Assembly (NCBI GenBank): GCA_963843145.1
Contig: CAWJJC010000028.1
Span: forward strand, 384,001 to 448,000
Direction of reading: 5' to 3'
Length of the DNA stretch: 64,000 nt
Origin: an uncultured delta proteobacterium
Lineage (GTDB): Bacteria; Desulfobacterota; RBG-13-43-22
Part shown: positions 37,658 through 48,143 of the stretch, piece by piece
Layout: every line of letters begins with the position of its first letter
Numbering within the stretch: the stretch's first letter is position 1
The notes under the pieces: generated by a model
The model's database searches: none
The model's input: the letters and a program-made list of their open reading frames with translations, nothing else
Told to the model about the DNA's origin: nothing
Translations under genes and position numbers: made by a program

Positions 37658-37764
37658 CCCCCTTGAAGCGCAAAAGGCGGGTTTCTGCCGACCGAGTCTT
37701 GAACGGAAGTTCGGAAGCGATGGCGTCCTGGTCCTTCAATCGCCTCCGGCCTTTTCCCCGGCAG

Positions 37765-38772
37765 TCACTCGAATTTGAACGTCCCTTTTTTAAACAGGCG
37801 CAGACAGGCATCCACAACCCCGGGGTCGTAGAGTACGCCCCGGTTTCTGAGAATCTCATCCAACGCGAGATCGGTTCCCATGGCCGGGCGATAAGGCCGG
37901 TGGGAGGCCATGGCTTCCACCACGTCGGCCACACACAGGATCCGTGCCTCGAGAAGAATATCCTCTCCCGAAAGCCCCTGGGGATAGCCGCTGCCGTTCA
38001 TTTTCTCGTGATGCTCTAATACTATTCGGGCAATCGGCCACGGAAACTCAATATCGGCTATGATAGCATAGCCGGCTTGGGGGTGCGTCTTGATAAGGTC
38101 TATTTCATTTTCCGTTAACCTGTTCGGCTTGCTCAGTATCTCCGCAGGCACGGATATTTTTCCTAGATCATGAATCATTCCGGCCAGGCGAATCCCTTCT
38201 ATGCGGTCTTTCGTCAGGTTCATTTCCGTTGCCAGGGCAGCGGCAAGATCGGCCACCCGCCGCTGATGGCCCGCGGTGTAAGGGTCCCGGGCTTCAACTG
38301 TCCGGGTCATCGCCTGTATGATCCCCTCCAGGGCCTTTTTCAGTTTGGCGGTTCGTTCCTCCACCCTCTGCTCAAGCTCCTGGCGGTACATTCGGTTGGC
38401 GATCTCCAACTTCCGCCGCCGCAAGACATTCCGGATATTAATGATGAGCTCATGGAGATTAAAAGGCTTTAAAACATAACCCGAGGCCCCCAATTGGATG
38501 GCGGCATCGGCAATTTTAGAATCATCCACCGCCGTCACGATGATGACCGCAGTGTCCCCATACTCCGTCGCGATATGTCTGGCCAAATCAATGCCGGATT
38601 CCCCCGGCATGTTCACATCGCAGAGAGCCAGATTGAAGGTTTGTTCACCAAGGCATTTTCGGGCTTCCGCCGCATTAGCGGCCAAGGTACAGGCATGACC
38701 GTTCGTCGAGAGTGTTCGGTCCAGCAAGCGACGCATCTGTTCTTCGTCGTCAACGATCAAGATACTTGCCAT
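37765..38772 (-). CDS. Response regulator with HD-GYP domain (paralog)
   Basis: Receiver domain plus RDPYTAGHQ, HDLGK, HHEK.NGSGYP. Confidence 0.92.
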   Translation of the reverse strand: MASILIVDDEEQMRRLLDRTLSTNGHACTLAANAAEARKCLGEQTFNLALCDVNMPGESGIDLARHIATEYGDTAVIIVTAVDDSKIADAAIQLGASGYVLKPFNLHELIINIRNVLRRRKLEIANRMYRQELEQRVEERTAKLKKALEGIIQAMTRTVEARDPYTAGHQRRVADLAAALATEMNLTKDRIEGIRLAGMIHDLGKISVPAEILSKPNRLTENEIDLIKTHPQAGYAIIADIEFPWPIARIVLEHHEKMNGSGYPQGLSGEDILLEARILCVADVVEAMASHRPYRPAMGTDLALDEILRNRGVLYDPGVVDACLRLFKKGTFKFE

Positions 38773-38774
38773 GC

Positions 38775-38960
38775 TCTATCCTCAACCATTATCTTCCGAT
38801 CGCGCGGGGTTTTTGGGAGCAGGTCCTCGTCGATCGGCCTGGAAGAGCAGCCGCCGAACCCGTGGGACAGGATTGCCTTTCGACCGCCGGTCAGAGCGCT
38901 GGAGGTGACGGTGATTACCGGAATGTCCCGCAGGGTGTCGTCCTGGCGAACCTCCTTGTG
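38775..38960 (-). pseudogene. Decayed CheY/DivK-like receiver C-terminus
   Basis: Reads DDTLRDIPVITVTSSALTGGRKAILSHGFGGCSSRPIDE, a degenerate IPVIA.TA.A..GD.....GF.GY.SKPID; no start or N-terminus. Confidence 0.55.
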
Positions 38961-39437
38961 GGCCTACCTGGACCCTAATGCATCGTTAAATTATACTGAT
39001 CCGCGAGACAAAAGCAAGGGAAAAGCCTGGGAAAACCGCGGACTGCGGTGGCAGGGGATATGCCGCTAGGGCCTGAAGAGGAATGATCAGGGACAGAAAG
39101 TCAGCGTGAATTTGGTGCTGTAATGGCAGTTGAAATTGCCTGAAAGATCATCGTAGGCCTATCCCTAGGTGTTGGGACACCTCTGATGTACGGCGGTTAC
39201 CCATAGTCATCCGGTCCTCCGTCTCCATCGACACTCTGGTCTCAGAGACCGTTTTCGCCCTGGGCATCGCAGCCCCGTTTAGGCCAGAAGGTGCAACTAT
39301 TTTTCACGGTCAGAGAAGGGGCACCGGAACTTCCAGGGCCAGATTCTATAAATTGCCTAAAAGGGAAAAAAAGAAAACGACAGATTAAGCGGGTAGTCAA
39401 ACCATCCATCGGCAGAAACGGAAAAAGGGGTTACAAG

Positions 39438-39698
39438 ATGAAGAATAAAATAAGAATGGATACCAAGAAGCGAAAAAAAATCTCGCCGCAGCTCGGGGAG
39501 GTGGACCCGGTCGGACGAAGGGAGTGCCTTTGCCTCCAGTGCGGGATATCCAATTATCTCGTACTGGCAGATCTGCCTCCGGATGCCTGGGAACCTTCGG
39601 AAACCAAGGTGTTGGCCGGCATATTTTGTTCCGAGTGCGGCGGCCCCTTGCTGGTCCGAGGGGCCGCCGGAGAAGAGCCTTTTTACCCAACCCAATAA
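39438..39698 (+). CDS. Small putative zinc-ribbon protein
   Basis: CLQCG...CSECGG pair; AAGGGG RBS. Confidence 0.5.
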   Translation: MKNKIRMDTKKRKKISPQLGEVDPVGRRECLCLQCGISNYLVLADLPPDAWEPSETKVLAGIFCSECGGPLLVRGAAGEEPFYPTQ

Positions 39699-39831
39699 CC
39701 GGCGAGTCCGAAAAGGGTTTCCGATACAGCGGCCACCAGGTTCAGAGTGGGGTCGTACCCTTCAGCGGCTCGGCCTATGATCTGCTGTAGGCGGCGGTGG
39801 CCCTGCCGGCCGTTTTTAGCAACCTTGCGGA

Positions 39832-40176
39832 CTAAAAAAAGTTGGTCCGATAAAGATACCAGATTTCCTCTTCTTCGTCCTCGTGCAGCAGGATAAACGG
39901 CCTGGCGCCCAAATGGCACAGGAAGTTGGGAGCGGAGCCGAACAGGCGACAGATGAAAGGCCGGACCGGGTAAATGGTGCAACCCCGGTCGGAGACATAG
40001 GGGCAGGTAGTGCCCTCGGCTAACTTGAAAATTATTCCGTTGTTTTTTAGGTACTTTTTGATCCGCTGGGTTTCTATCTTGGTCTGGGAAGGTATTCCAA
40101 AGGCCTGACAGCAGGCCGTACAACCTGGGAGGCAAGGGACCCCGGGGATCAGGGCATAAAGATCCTGGATTTTCAA
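39832..40176 (-). CDS. YkgJ family cysteine-cluster protein
   Basis: C..GCTACC, CPY....CTIYPVRPFICRLFG. Confidence 0.85.
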   Translation of the reverse strand: MKIQDLYALIPGVPCLPGCTACCQAFGIPSQTKIETQRIKKYLKNNGIIFKLAEGTTCPYVSDRGCTIYPVRPFICRLFGSAPNFLCHLGARPFILLHEDEEEEIWYLYRTNFF

Positions 40177-40191
40177 ATGAGGATGGAGTCC

Positions 40192-40935
40192 TTAAGAGAG
40201 CAGTTCCTTTAGATCCTGCCAGTGGGAGATGCGAGGGACGTCGAACTCGGGTTCATCCTCCCGGGCCGCGGTGTAGCCCGGAAAGGTCGGGACCTGGTTA
40301 TCCCGGACATAGGTCATCCAAACCGGGTTCAGCCCGGCTTCTTTGGCCCCTTGGATGTCCGATTCCAAGTCGTCCCCGATAAAAAACATTTGATCTCCTT
40401 CTACCCCCAATTCGCTGATCAGTTGTTCGAAAACCGAGCAATGGGGTTTCCGGTATCCCAGATCCCCGGAGATCAAGATTACCTCAAAAAAAGAAGTCAG
40501 CCCAAAGTAGTCCAACAGGCCGCGGGCCGCGGGCGGGTGGGTGAAATTGGAGAGTAAGCCCAGTCGGTATTTGCCCTTCAGACCGGCCAACATCTCGTCC
40601 GTCCCGGGGATCAGGCGGCAGAAGGGATAAAAGGCCGAGAAGTAGGCTTCCACGGCCGCGGCGACCCGGGCATCCTCCGGAACCAGGGGATACCCCATTT
40701 CCGTTAACGCCGCGCTGATCCAGAACCGATTGTGGGTTTCTCTTCCTTCCCGGTGGGCTTCTTTGATGAAGCGAATCGCCGCCTCGCGATAAACGGTCTG
40801 GAACCGGGCCGGATCAAGATCCAGACCGTCGGCGCGGAGGTTGTCGGTGAGTCGGGTTATCGCCTCCCCTACGGCCCCGGGTCCGGCCATGATCAGGGTG
40901 TTGAAGAGATCAAACCCGATCGCCTTGATAGCCAA
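40192..40935 (-). CDS. HAD family hydrolase
   Basis: FDLFNTL, LSN, KP, IGDDLESDIQGA. Confidence 0.88.
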   Translation of the reverse strand: MAIKAIGFDLFNTLIMAGPGAVGEAITRLTDNLRADGLDLDPARFQTVYREAAIRFIKEAHREGRETHNRFWISAALTEMGYPLVPEDARVAAAVEAYFSAFYPFCRLIPGTDEMLAGLKGKYRLGLLSNFTHPPAARGLLDYFGLTSFFEVILISGDLGYRKPHCSVFEQLISELGVEGDQMFFIGDDLESDIQGAKEAGLNPVWMTYVRDNQVPTFPGYTAAREDEPEFDVPRISHWQDLKELLS

Positions 40936-40939
40936 TCGT

Positions 40940-41389
40940 TTACTCTATTCTTCTCAGGTTAATGGTCAGGTTTTCCTTGGCCCCCGGGTAAACGTCGATA
41001 AATCGCATATAATCCCGGTAGCCCCCTTTCTTGGCCTCCACCTTGTGCCGCCCCGCCAACACCCCTTCCTCATAGGTGTTGTCTTCCCGGGGATCCACCT
41101 TGTGTCCGTCGATATACACCGCCGCTTCCGAAGGTTCGACTTCGATAAAAATCCAGCCGGAACCCTTGGCCCCTTTGGTGCCCTGATAATTGTCCGGGAT
41201 CGGGGGATAATAGCCGGGTGGATAATGGTTGGGGTAATATTGGACCGGGGTCAGGGCAGGGGGATTGATCGAGGGGACATCGATCAGAGCGACTGCCTGC
41301 ACCGTTCCGCCAGAACCCAAAATCAGCAGAGCGAGAATCAAGAGAACAGAGGAAACGACAAAGTGAACATTGGTTACTCGGAAAAACAT
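40940..41389 (-). CDS. PEGA domain secreted protein
   Basis: Signal peptide; V.P..A.VYIDG...G.H.VE..K.GY. Confidence 0.8.
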   Translation of the reverse strand: MFFRVTNVHFVVSSVLLILALLILGSGGTVQAVALIDVPSINPPALTPVQYYPNHYPPGYYPPIPDNYQGTKGAKGSGWIFIEVEPSEAAVYIDGHKVDPREDNTYEEGVLAGRHKVEAKKGGYRDYMRFIDVYPGAKENLTINLRRIE

Positions 41390-41472
41390 AGTGCCCCCCT
41401 CAGGGATTATCAATACCGGGTGAGAATAGGATCCGAAGCTCAGCCCCGCAGGCCTCGAACCGTCCAATCTAA

Positions 41473-41802
41473 TTATTCCAGGACCTCCATCAACTTGCCG
41501 CAGCAGGGAGGAATCCGGTCCCCCTTCTTGAGGTCCGCATATTTGTTGCAGGTCTGGCAGTAGCAGCGGCCGTCTTTATCCATATACACCTCCGCGTATT
41601 CACCGGCTCCTTTCACTTCCAAGCCTTCAATGGCGAAGCGGGCAAATTTGTTTTTCTGGGGGAGGAATTCGCCGACCGGGACCAACTTCTTACTGAAACG
41701 GACACAGTCGATCATGATTTTCCACAGCGCTTCGATTTTTTTGGTTTCGTCGGCGTTTTCCGGAGTAAATTCCACCAAATTCTTTTCGATGTTGATCTGC
41801 AT
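41473..41802 (-). CDS. Hypothetical protein with C-terminal CxxC...CCG metal site
   Basis: GGAGG RBS; CQTCNK...PPCCGKLME resembles the desulforedoxin motif. Confidence 0.7.
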   Translation of the reverse strand: MQINIEKNLVEFTPENADETKKIEALWKIMIDCVRFSKKLVPVGEFLPQKNKFARFAIEGLEVKGAGEYAEVYMDKDGRCYCQTCNKYADLKKGDRIPPCCGKLMEVLE

Positions 41803-42031
41803 TGGTCTACCTCCAAGTCATTATGGGTTGATTATGATCAATATAAGGGATGCCGCTCAAAAGGTCAAGGTAGGGTTAAAAAGACCTTTAACCGGGTAGC
41901 CATGTCAATAGCCTGGGCGCCGGGCCTTGTCAATCAAAGGAAAGCCGAGTCTTTGGCCACTGGATGCTTTTTCATAGGGAACCAGCCGGGTTGATGGTAT
42001 AGTGCTCTCAGGTAACTCTACCTAATCAAAG

Positions 42032-43009
42032 GTGATGAATATGCCCGATGAAATCTATCCCGATCTCTACCGGCTGGAAATCCCCCTGCCGGAGAGCCCG
42101 CTCAAAACCCTCAATTCCTATGTCCTCAAGAGTCCGGACCGGAACCTGATCATCGACACCGGACTCAATCGTCGGGAGTGCCTGGAGGCCATGCAGAGCG
42201 GCCTGGCGAAGTTGTCCGTCGATCTGAACCGAACCGATATTTTCATCACCCACTTGCACGCCGACCACTTCGGGCTGGTTAACAAGCTGGCCACGGATTC
42301 CAACCGCATTTTTTTCAGCCGTCCCGAAAAGGAGCTGATCGAATCCTGGGAAGGCTTCGAGGCCATGATCGCCTACGGCGGCCGAAACGGTTTTCCGGAA
42401 GAGCAATTGCGGGCCGCCCTGGATAAACACCCGGGGAAAAAATACGGCACCCAGTGGATACCGGACCTGAGCCTCCTGGACGACGGGGACGTCATCGAAT
42501 GCGGTCGTTATTCTTTCCGTTGCGTCACCACTCCCGGTCACACCCTGGGGCATATCTGCCTCTACGAGGCCGAGCGAAAGATTCTCATTGCCGGCGACCA
42601 TATCCTGGACGACATCACCCCCAACATTCAATGCTGGACCGATATTCAGAATCCATTAAAATGGTACCTGGCCAGCCTCGATAAAACGGCGGCCCTGGAA
42701 GTGGACCAGGTCCTGCCGGGACACCGGCGGCTCATCCGGGACCATCGCTCCCGGATCGACGAGCTGAAGAGGCACCATGAAAATCGGTTGGCGGAAGTCC
42801 TGGAAATCCTCAAAAGCGGACCCCAGAGCGCTTATCGTGTTGCCTCCCGGATGACCTGGGATATCAAGTGTGATTCCTGGGAGGCCTTCCCGGTGACCCA
42901 AAAATGGTTTGCCACCGGGGAAGCCATTTCTCATTTGAGATATCTGGAGGAGGAGGGTAAACTTCTAAAAGGGCAGGAAGGCGGAGCCATCCGATATAGT
43001 TCATCTTGA
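42032..43009 (+). CDS. MBL-fold metallo-hydrolase
   Basis: THLHADH, TPGHT.GH, GDH.L..ITPN, PGH. Confidence 0.9.
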   Translation: MMNMPDEIYPDLYRLEIPLPESPLKTLNSYVLKSPDRNLIIDTGLNRRECLEAMQSGLAKLSVDLNRTDIFITHLHADHFGLVNKLATDSNRIFFSRPEKELIESWEGFEAMIAYGGRNGFPEEQLRAALDKHPGKKYGTQWIPDLSLLDDGDVIECGRYSFRCVTTPGHTLGHICLYEAERKILIAGDHILDDITPNIQCWTDIQNPLKWYLASLDKTAALEVDQVLPGHRRLIRDHRSRIDELKRHHENRLAEVLEILKSGPQSAYRVASRMTWDIKCDSWEAFPVTQKWFATGEAISHLRYLEEEGKLLKGQEGGAIRYSSS

Positions 43010-43027
43010 ATAGAGGGGCACCCACCC

Positions 43028-44371
43028 ATGCAAAATGATGGTCAAGACGATAGTAATGGAAGGAAAGGTAAAGGGCGAACTGCTCGGCCTGGGAGGCGAT
43101 TGCCCGTCCTGATTACTTTGGGGCTGATGGTTTTCCTCTTTTGGGGACAGGATTGTCCGGCGGCAACGAATGACTTATTCCTGGAGGCGAGCTTGCCCGA
43201 TCGACTGGAGCAAGCGAATCCGCCTTTTGTTAAGCGTTCAAGAGTGGCGCAAATCAACTGGCAGGCCTTAGAGGCCGGAGCGGTTCAAGAAAACGACGAA
43301 AAGGGGAAGAAGACTGTTCGGTTGAATCTATTTCCGGACACCGCTTATACGGCTTGGGTCCGGCGAACCGAGGTCACCCCCAACCGGGAAACAATCTGGC
43401 AGGGAGGGCTGGAAGGGAACCCGGCCAGCGAAGTGACCCTGGTAACGAAGGACGGCCTCTTGGTGGGTAATGTCAGTTCTCCCGGGGGAAGGTTTCAGAT
43501 CCGCTTTCTGGGGGAGGGATTCCACCGCATTCGAGAAGTGGATCCCGGCGGCTATCCAAAGGAGGGGGATCCCATTCCGATCCTGGCGGTGGAGAATTCG
43601 GAGGAAAAAGTTCCCGAAAAGAATGAAATCTCGGGTTTATTCCAAAAGCTTTTTCTTCCGCTGGTTCTTAAGCCCCCGATAGTCGATGTAATGGTGGGGT
43701 ATACCTCGAGGGCTCTGGCAGCGGCCGGAGGAATTTCGGCCGTCAACGCCTTGATTGCCCTGGCGGTGAGTGAAACCAATACCGGTTATGCCAACAGCGG
43801 GATCGACCAGCGGATCAATCTGGTCCACACCCTGGAAGTGGCCTATTCCGAAGCCTTTTTTGATTGGGATATCACTCTGGACCGGTTGCAGGGAACGAAC
43901 GACGGATTCATGGACCAAGTGCATCCCGCGAGAGACGCCCACCGGGCGGATCTGGTGGTGCTCCTGGTAAACGATGGGCAATCATGCGGACTGGGATACC
44001 TCATGGGGACACCCCAGATATCCTTTGCTCCTTGGGGATTCAGCCTGGTCAATTGGGAATGCGCCACCGGGAATTATTCACTGGCCCATGAAATGGGGCA
44101 CAATATGGGTTGCGAACACGATCGGGCCAACGCGGGAGGTTCGGGGAGTTATCCCTATTCCTTTGGATATCAGGCCCCGGACCATTCTTTTCGGACCATT
44201 ATGGCCTATGACTGCGACTACCCGGGGGGCTGTCCTCGAATCAACTACTGGTCAAATCCCGAGGTCTTCTATAACGGCCGTCCCACCGGAGTGGTTTTTA
44301 CCTCCCCCGTTTCCGCCGATAACCGGCGGACTCTCAACAACACGGCTCCTTTTGTGGGTAATTTTCGTTAA
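43028..44371 (+). CDS. Secreted reprolysin-like (M12B-type) zinc metallopeptidase
   Basis: HEMGHNMGCEH zinc motif, TIMAY Met-turn, prodomain. Confidence 0.85.
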   Translation: MQNDGQDDSNGRKGKGRTARPGRRLPVLITLGLMVFLFWGQDCPAATNDLFLEASLPDRLEQANPPFVKRSRVAQINWQALEAGAVQENDEKGKKTVRLNLFPDTAYTAWVRRTEVTPNRETIWQGGLEGNPASEVTLVTKDGLLVGNVSSPGGRFQIRFLGEGFHRIREVDPGGYPKEGDPIPILAVENSEEKVPEKNEISGLFQKLFLPLVLKPPIVDVMVGYTSRALAAAGGISAVNALIALAVSETNTGYANSGIDQRINLVHTLEVAYSEAFFDWDITLDRLQGTNDGFMDQVHPARDAHRADLVVLLVNDGQSCGLGYLMGTPQISFAPWGFSLVNWECATGNYSLAHEMGHNMGCEHDRANAGGSGSYPYSFGYQAPDHSFRTIMAYDCDYPGGCPRINYWSNPEVFYNGRPTGVVFTSPVSADNRRTLNNTAPFVGNFR

Positions 44372-44430
44372 GTCCTAACTAAATTTGGCGTTCGAGATTC
44401 GGCGTTTGTTTTGTTGGGGGGAGAGTGGAA

Positions 44431-44985
44431 TTAGACCGTTAGCCCCTCGCGGATATACCGCGCCCCCTCCTGCAACGCCGCGGAGTTGATGGGGATCATC
44501 TTGTGATAGCGCTTGTCCAGGGCCTTGGTCAGGGAATGGATCAACGCGTCTAAGGAGACCACCCGACTTTCTTCCACAATGGCGCCCAGCATGGCCATGT
44601 TGGCCATGTGGCTGTCGCCGGCCTTGGCGGCCAGTTCCATGGTGGGGATCGGGACGATCTTCGGACCATCCCAAGAGGCCTCTTGGGGATCGATCAGGGA
44701 AGAATTAACAAATACCGTTCCTCCCGGCTGGACCATGGGCCCGAACCGGAGCAGGGATGGTTTATTCAGCACGGCCGCCGCGACCGGGTGGTGGATAATC
44801 GGGGAGCCGATTTCCCGGTCCGAGACCACCACCGTGCAATTGGCCGTTCCGCCCCGCATTTCCACGCCGTACACCGGCATGTAGGTAACCTGCCGCCCCT
44901 CTTCCATGGCGGCATAGGCCAGAAGGTTGCCGATGAACATGACTCCCTGCCCCCCAAATCCGGCGATAATAATATCGAAATACAT
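44431..44985 (-). CDS. 2-oxoacid:ferredoxin oxidoreductase gamma subunit
   Basis: AGFGGQGV, P.YG.EMRGGTANC. Confidence 0.92.
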   Translation of the reverse strand: MYFDIIIAGFGGQGVMFIGNLLAYAAMEEGRQVTYMPVYGVEMRGGTANCTVVVSDREIGSPIIHHPVAAAVLNKPSLLRFGPMVQPGGTVFVNSSLIDPQEASWDGPKIVPIPTMELAAKAGDSHMANMAMLGAIVEESRVVSLDALIHSLTKALDKRYHKMIPINSAALQEGARYIREGLTV

Positions 44986-45726
44986 CTAAGCCTCCTTCTC
45001 TTTGAAAACGCCCAACGGGAAATAGGGGATCATTTCGTTCTGTATCCGCTGGTTGGCCTTTTCCGGGCTCATCTTCCAGTTGGTGGGGCAGCTCGACAAG
45101 AATTCGATAAAGGCAAAACCGAGTTTGTTGATTTGGACTTCAAAGGCTTTTTTTAACATCTTCTTGGCCGTCATCAAGTGTTTGGGGGTATGGACCGCCA
45201 CTCGGGCGGAGAAGGCCGTTCCCTCCAACACGGCCATGATCTCCGCCATTCTTATCGGATAGCCTTCGTTGTGGAAATCCCGGCCGTAGGGGCTGGTGGT
45301 GGTGGACTGCCCCAGCATGGTGGTGGGGGCCATCTGTCCCCCGGTCATGCCGTAAACGGTATTATTGACGAAGATGATGGTGACCCCTTCTCCCCGGTTG
45401 GCGCAGTGCAGGCTTTCGGCGATGCCTATGGAGGCCAGGTCTCCGTCGCCCTGATAGGTAAAAACGAAATTATCCGGGCGGGCCCGTTTGATGCCGGTGG
45501 CCACCGCCGCGGCTCGGCCGTGAGGAGACTCGCAAACATCCACGTCAAAATAATCATACATGAAGACCGAACAACCCACCGAGGCGGCGCAGATAGTCTT
45601 TTCCCGGAGATGGTAGGTATCAATACATTCCGCCACCAGGCGGTGAATGATCCCGTGATGGCAGCCCGGGCAAAAATGGAAAGGGACATCGATTAAACTC
45701 TCGGGGCGTTTGAATACTTGTTTCAT
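44986..45726 (-). CDS. 2-oxoacid:ferredoxin oxidoreductase beta (TPP-binding) subunit
   Basis: [32 protein letters not shown]. Confidence 0.92.
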   Translation of the reverse strand: MKQVFKRPESLIDVPFHFCPGCHHGIIHRLVAECIDTYHLREKTICAASVGCSVFMYDYFDVDVCESPHGRAAAVATGIKRARPDNFVFTYQGDGDLASIGIAESLHCANRGEGVTIIFVNNTVYGMTGGQMAPTTMLGQSTTTSPYGRDFHNEGYPIRMAEIMAVLEGTAFSARVAVHTPKHLMTAKKMLKKAFEVQINKLGFAFIEFLSSCPTNWKMSPEKANQRIQNEMIPYFPLGVFKEKEA

Positions 45727-46778
45727 TTTGAATACCTTTTCTTTATTTCATCGAACAATTCATTCGGCGTCGGAATCGACCCGGGCGGGCGTCCGTAAAA
45801 ATTCACATCCGCCCCTTTGTCCACCGAGAGCTTGACGTCTTCCACCATCTGGCCGGTGTTCAGTTCCACCACAAAAAAACGGCGGATGCGGCGGGACAGT
45901 TCCCGGAGGGGTTCTTCCGGATAGGGGTACAGGGTGATGGGGCGGAAAAGTCCGACCTTCATCCCTTGCTCCCGGGCCATATCGATGGAGGACTTGATGA
46001 TTCGGGCCACGGACCCGAAGGAGACCACCACCAGGTCGGCGTCTGCGATCAAATAGGTCTGGTATTCGATCTCCGCCTTCATGCGCTGGTATTTCTGGAA
46101 GAGATTCCAGTTGTGCACGGTCAACTCCCCCTCGGTCAGATAAAGGCTTTTCAGATACTGGGCTTTGCGGCCCACGGCCCCGGTCAGGGCCCAGGGCTTG
46201 GGAAATTCTTTGGGTTGGTAAGGGCGCAGAGTGACCGGTTCCTTAATCTGCCCCAGCAAGGCATCGCCCAGGACCATCACCGGGTTCCGGTACTGGTCGG
46301 CCAGGTCAAAGGCCTTCATGGTCAGGTCGTAATTCTCCTGGGCGGAAAAAGGGGCCAGGACCAGTGTCCGATAGTCTCCGTGGCCGCCCCCCCGGGTGGC
46401 CTGAAAATAATCCCCCTGGGAAGGGGAAATACCCCCCAGGCCCGGTCCGCTGCGGCTCATGTTGACGATGACCCCCGGGATCTCGGAACCGGCCATATAG
46501 GAGATTCCTTCCTGCTTTAGGGAAATGCCCGGACTGGAGGAGGAGGTCATGGCCCGGGCGCCCGTGGCCGCAGCGCCCAGAAGCATATTGATGGAGGCAA
46601 CCTCGCTCTCCGCCTGGATGAAGGTACCTCCGGCCAGTGGCAGGTGCCGGGACATGTATTCCGGGATGTCGTTCTGGGGAGTTATCGGGTAGCCGAAGTA
46701 AAAGCGGCATCCGGCGGCAATGGCCCCCATGGCAATAGCCTCATTTCCCTTTATTAAATCAGTGCTTGGGTTAGTCAT
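45723..46778 (-). CDS. vorB: 2-oxoacid:ferredoxin oxidoreductase alpha subunit (VorB-like)
   Basis: [36 protein letters not shown]. Confidence 0.9.
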   Translation of the reverse strand: MTNPSTDLIKGNEAIAMGAIAAGCRFYFGYPITPQNDIPEYMSRHLPLAGGTFIQAESEVASINMLLGAAATGARAMTSSSSPGISLKQEGISYMAGSEIPGVIVNMSRSGPGLGGISPSQGDYFQATRGGGHGDYRTLVLAPFSAQENYDLTMKAFDLADQYRNPVMVLGDALLGQIKEPVTLRPYQPKEFPKPWALTGAVGRKAQYLKSLYLTEGELTVHNWNLFQKYQRMKAEIEYQTYLIADADLVVVSFGSVARIIKSSIDMAREQGMKVGLFRPITLYPYPEEPLRELSRRIRRFFVVELNTGQMVEDVKLSVDKGADVNFYGRPPGSIPTPNELFDEIKKRYSK

Positions 46779-46826
46779 TTGAACCTCTTCTTTGACACCA
46801 CGATTTTGAACCATTTGGACCTGGTT

Positions 46827-46964
46827 AAACTCGAAATCCAAAATTCGAAATCCGAAACAAGCTCAAAAGTTCGAAATTAAAAAGACCGAAACCAAAACGT
46901 TTTGAATGTTTGATATTTGGTCATTTGAAGTTGTTTCGGATTTCGGATTTCGAGTTTCGAATTT
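46827..46964. repeat. Heptamer-based (CGAAATC/GATTTCG) palindromic element inside the oxidoreductase operon
   Basis: AAATCCGAAACAAG...TTGTTTCGGATTTCGGATTTCG; sister copy at 62051-62203. Confidence 0.75.
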
Positions 46965-46975
46965 AAATTATCTCA

Positions 46976-47179
46976 TTACTTCCAAACTTCTATTACGACG
47001 TCAGGACACATCTCGGCGCAGAGGGCGCAACCGGTGCAGGACGCCTCTTCTTTCAGGCAGGCCACGGTATAGCCCTGGTCGTTGATCCGGTCGCTTAAGG
47101 CTATGATTTTTTTCGGGCAGGCCAAGACGCAGAGTCGGCAGCCTTTACAGCGTTCTTCTTGAAAAGTGACTTTGGGCAT
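46976..47179 (-). CDS. 2x[4Fe-4S] ferredoxin (delta subunit)
   Basis: CKGCRLCVLACP and CTGCALCAEMCP. Confidence 0.92.
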   Translation of the reverse strand: MPKVTFQEERCKGCRLCVLACPKKIIALSDRINDQGYTVACLKEEASCTGCALCAEMCPDVVIEVWK

Positions 47180-47204
47180 AAAACGATTCCTCAAAAATTC
47201 TTGG

Positions 47205-48143
47205 TTAGGGATTGGCCGCAATAAAGGACTGGAAGGTCTTGACATCTTCCACGTTGGAAGCGGTATAGACAAACTCCTTGGGGAGGCATTTTTTCACTAA
47301 TCCCAGGAGGACCTTCTTGGGGCCCACCTCCAGAAAGCGGGTGAATCCGTCCGCTCGCAGTTGCTGGACGATATTGACCCAGCGGACGGGACTTCCCATC
47401 TGTCGCCCCATGATTTCTTTGATTTGTCCCGCATCCTGAACCGTATGTCCAGTCACATTTAAGTAGATCGGGCATTGGGGGAGCTGAAAGGGTAGGGCGG
47501 CCAATTCTTTCTGAAAAGACTCCTGGGCCTCCCGCATGAGCGGGCTGTGCCAGGCCCCGCTGACGGCCAGCGGAACCGCCTTCCCTCCCCGTTCCGCCAC
47601 CAGGCGGCAGGCCGCTTCCACCAGGGGCTTTGATCCGGAAATGACCGTCTGTTCCAGGGTATTGAAATTGGCGGCGCCGATGGCCCCCTGGCCCTGCAAT
47701 CCGGCCAGGATGGAATCTAATTGCTCCGTGGACAACTCTATAACGGCCGCCATGGCGCCCGGAACTTTTTGCGCCGCCTGGTCCATGAGCGCCCCGCGTA
47801 TTTTGACCAGCTTCAAGGTGTCCTCGAGGGATGTGACCCGGGCGGCATACAGGGCGGTATATTCGCCCAAACTGTGGCCGGCCACGGCGGCCGGCCGAAA
47901 CCCCAGGTCTTCCAGCACGGCCAGCGCGGCCAGATTGACCGCGGTCACCGCCGGTTGGAGGTTTCGAGTCAGGGTCAGTGCCTCCAGAGGTCCCTCGAAG
48001 CACAGCTTCCGGAGGGGCAGCTCGAGCAGCGCTTCGGCCCGCTCAAACGCTTCGCGGGCCGCGGGGTATTGATCGTGGATTTCCCGGCCCATGCCCACAT
48101 ACTGGGAACCCTGCCCTGGAAATAAGAATGCCCTATCGGCCAT
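47205..48143 (-). CDS. fabD: Malonyl CoA-ACP transacylase
   Basis: FPGQGSQ, GHSLGEY, VSGAWHS. Confidence 0.95.
   Translation of the reverse strand: MADRAFLFPGQGSQYVGMGREIHDQYPAAREAFERAEALLELPLRKLCFEGPLEALTLTRNLQPAVTAVNLAALAVLEDLGFRPAAVAGHSLGEYTALYAARVTSLEDTLKLVKIRGALMDQAAQKVPGAMAAVIELSTEQLDSILAGLQGQGAIGAANFNTLEQTVISGSKPLVEAACRLVAERGGKAVPLAVSGAWHSPLMREAQESFQKELAALPFQLPQCPIYLNVTGHTVQDAGQIKEIMGRQMGSPVRWVNIVQQLRADGFTRFLEVGPKKVLLGLVKKCLPKEFVYTASNVEDVKTFQSFIAANP

Noticed and set aside
39000-39430. Possible c-di-GMP riboswitch near the HD-GYP genes
   Set aside because: Could not find the GEMM GGCAAA...GAAA...GACGCAAAG pattern with proper stems on either strand.
8000-44400. Prophage or integrative element explaining the accessory region
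   Set aside because: No integrase, transposase, phage structural gene or att-like tRNA duplication found.
46827-46964. Short repeats as a CRISPR array
   Set aside because: No constant repeat with unique spacers and no cas genes; these are heptamer palindromes.
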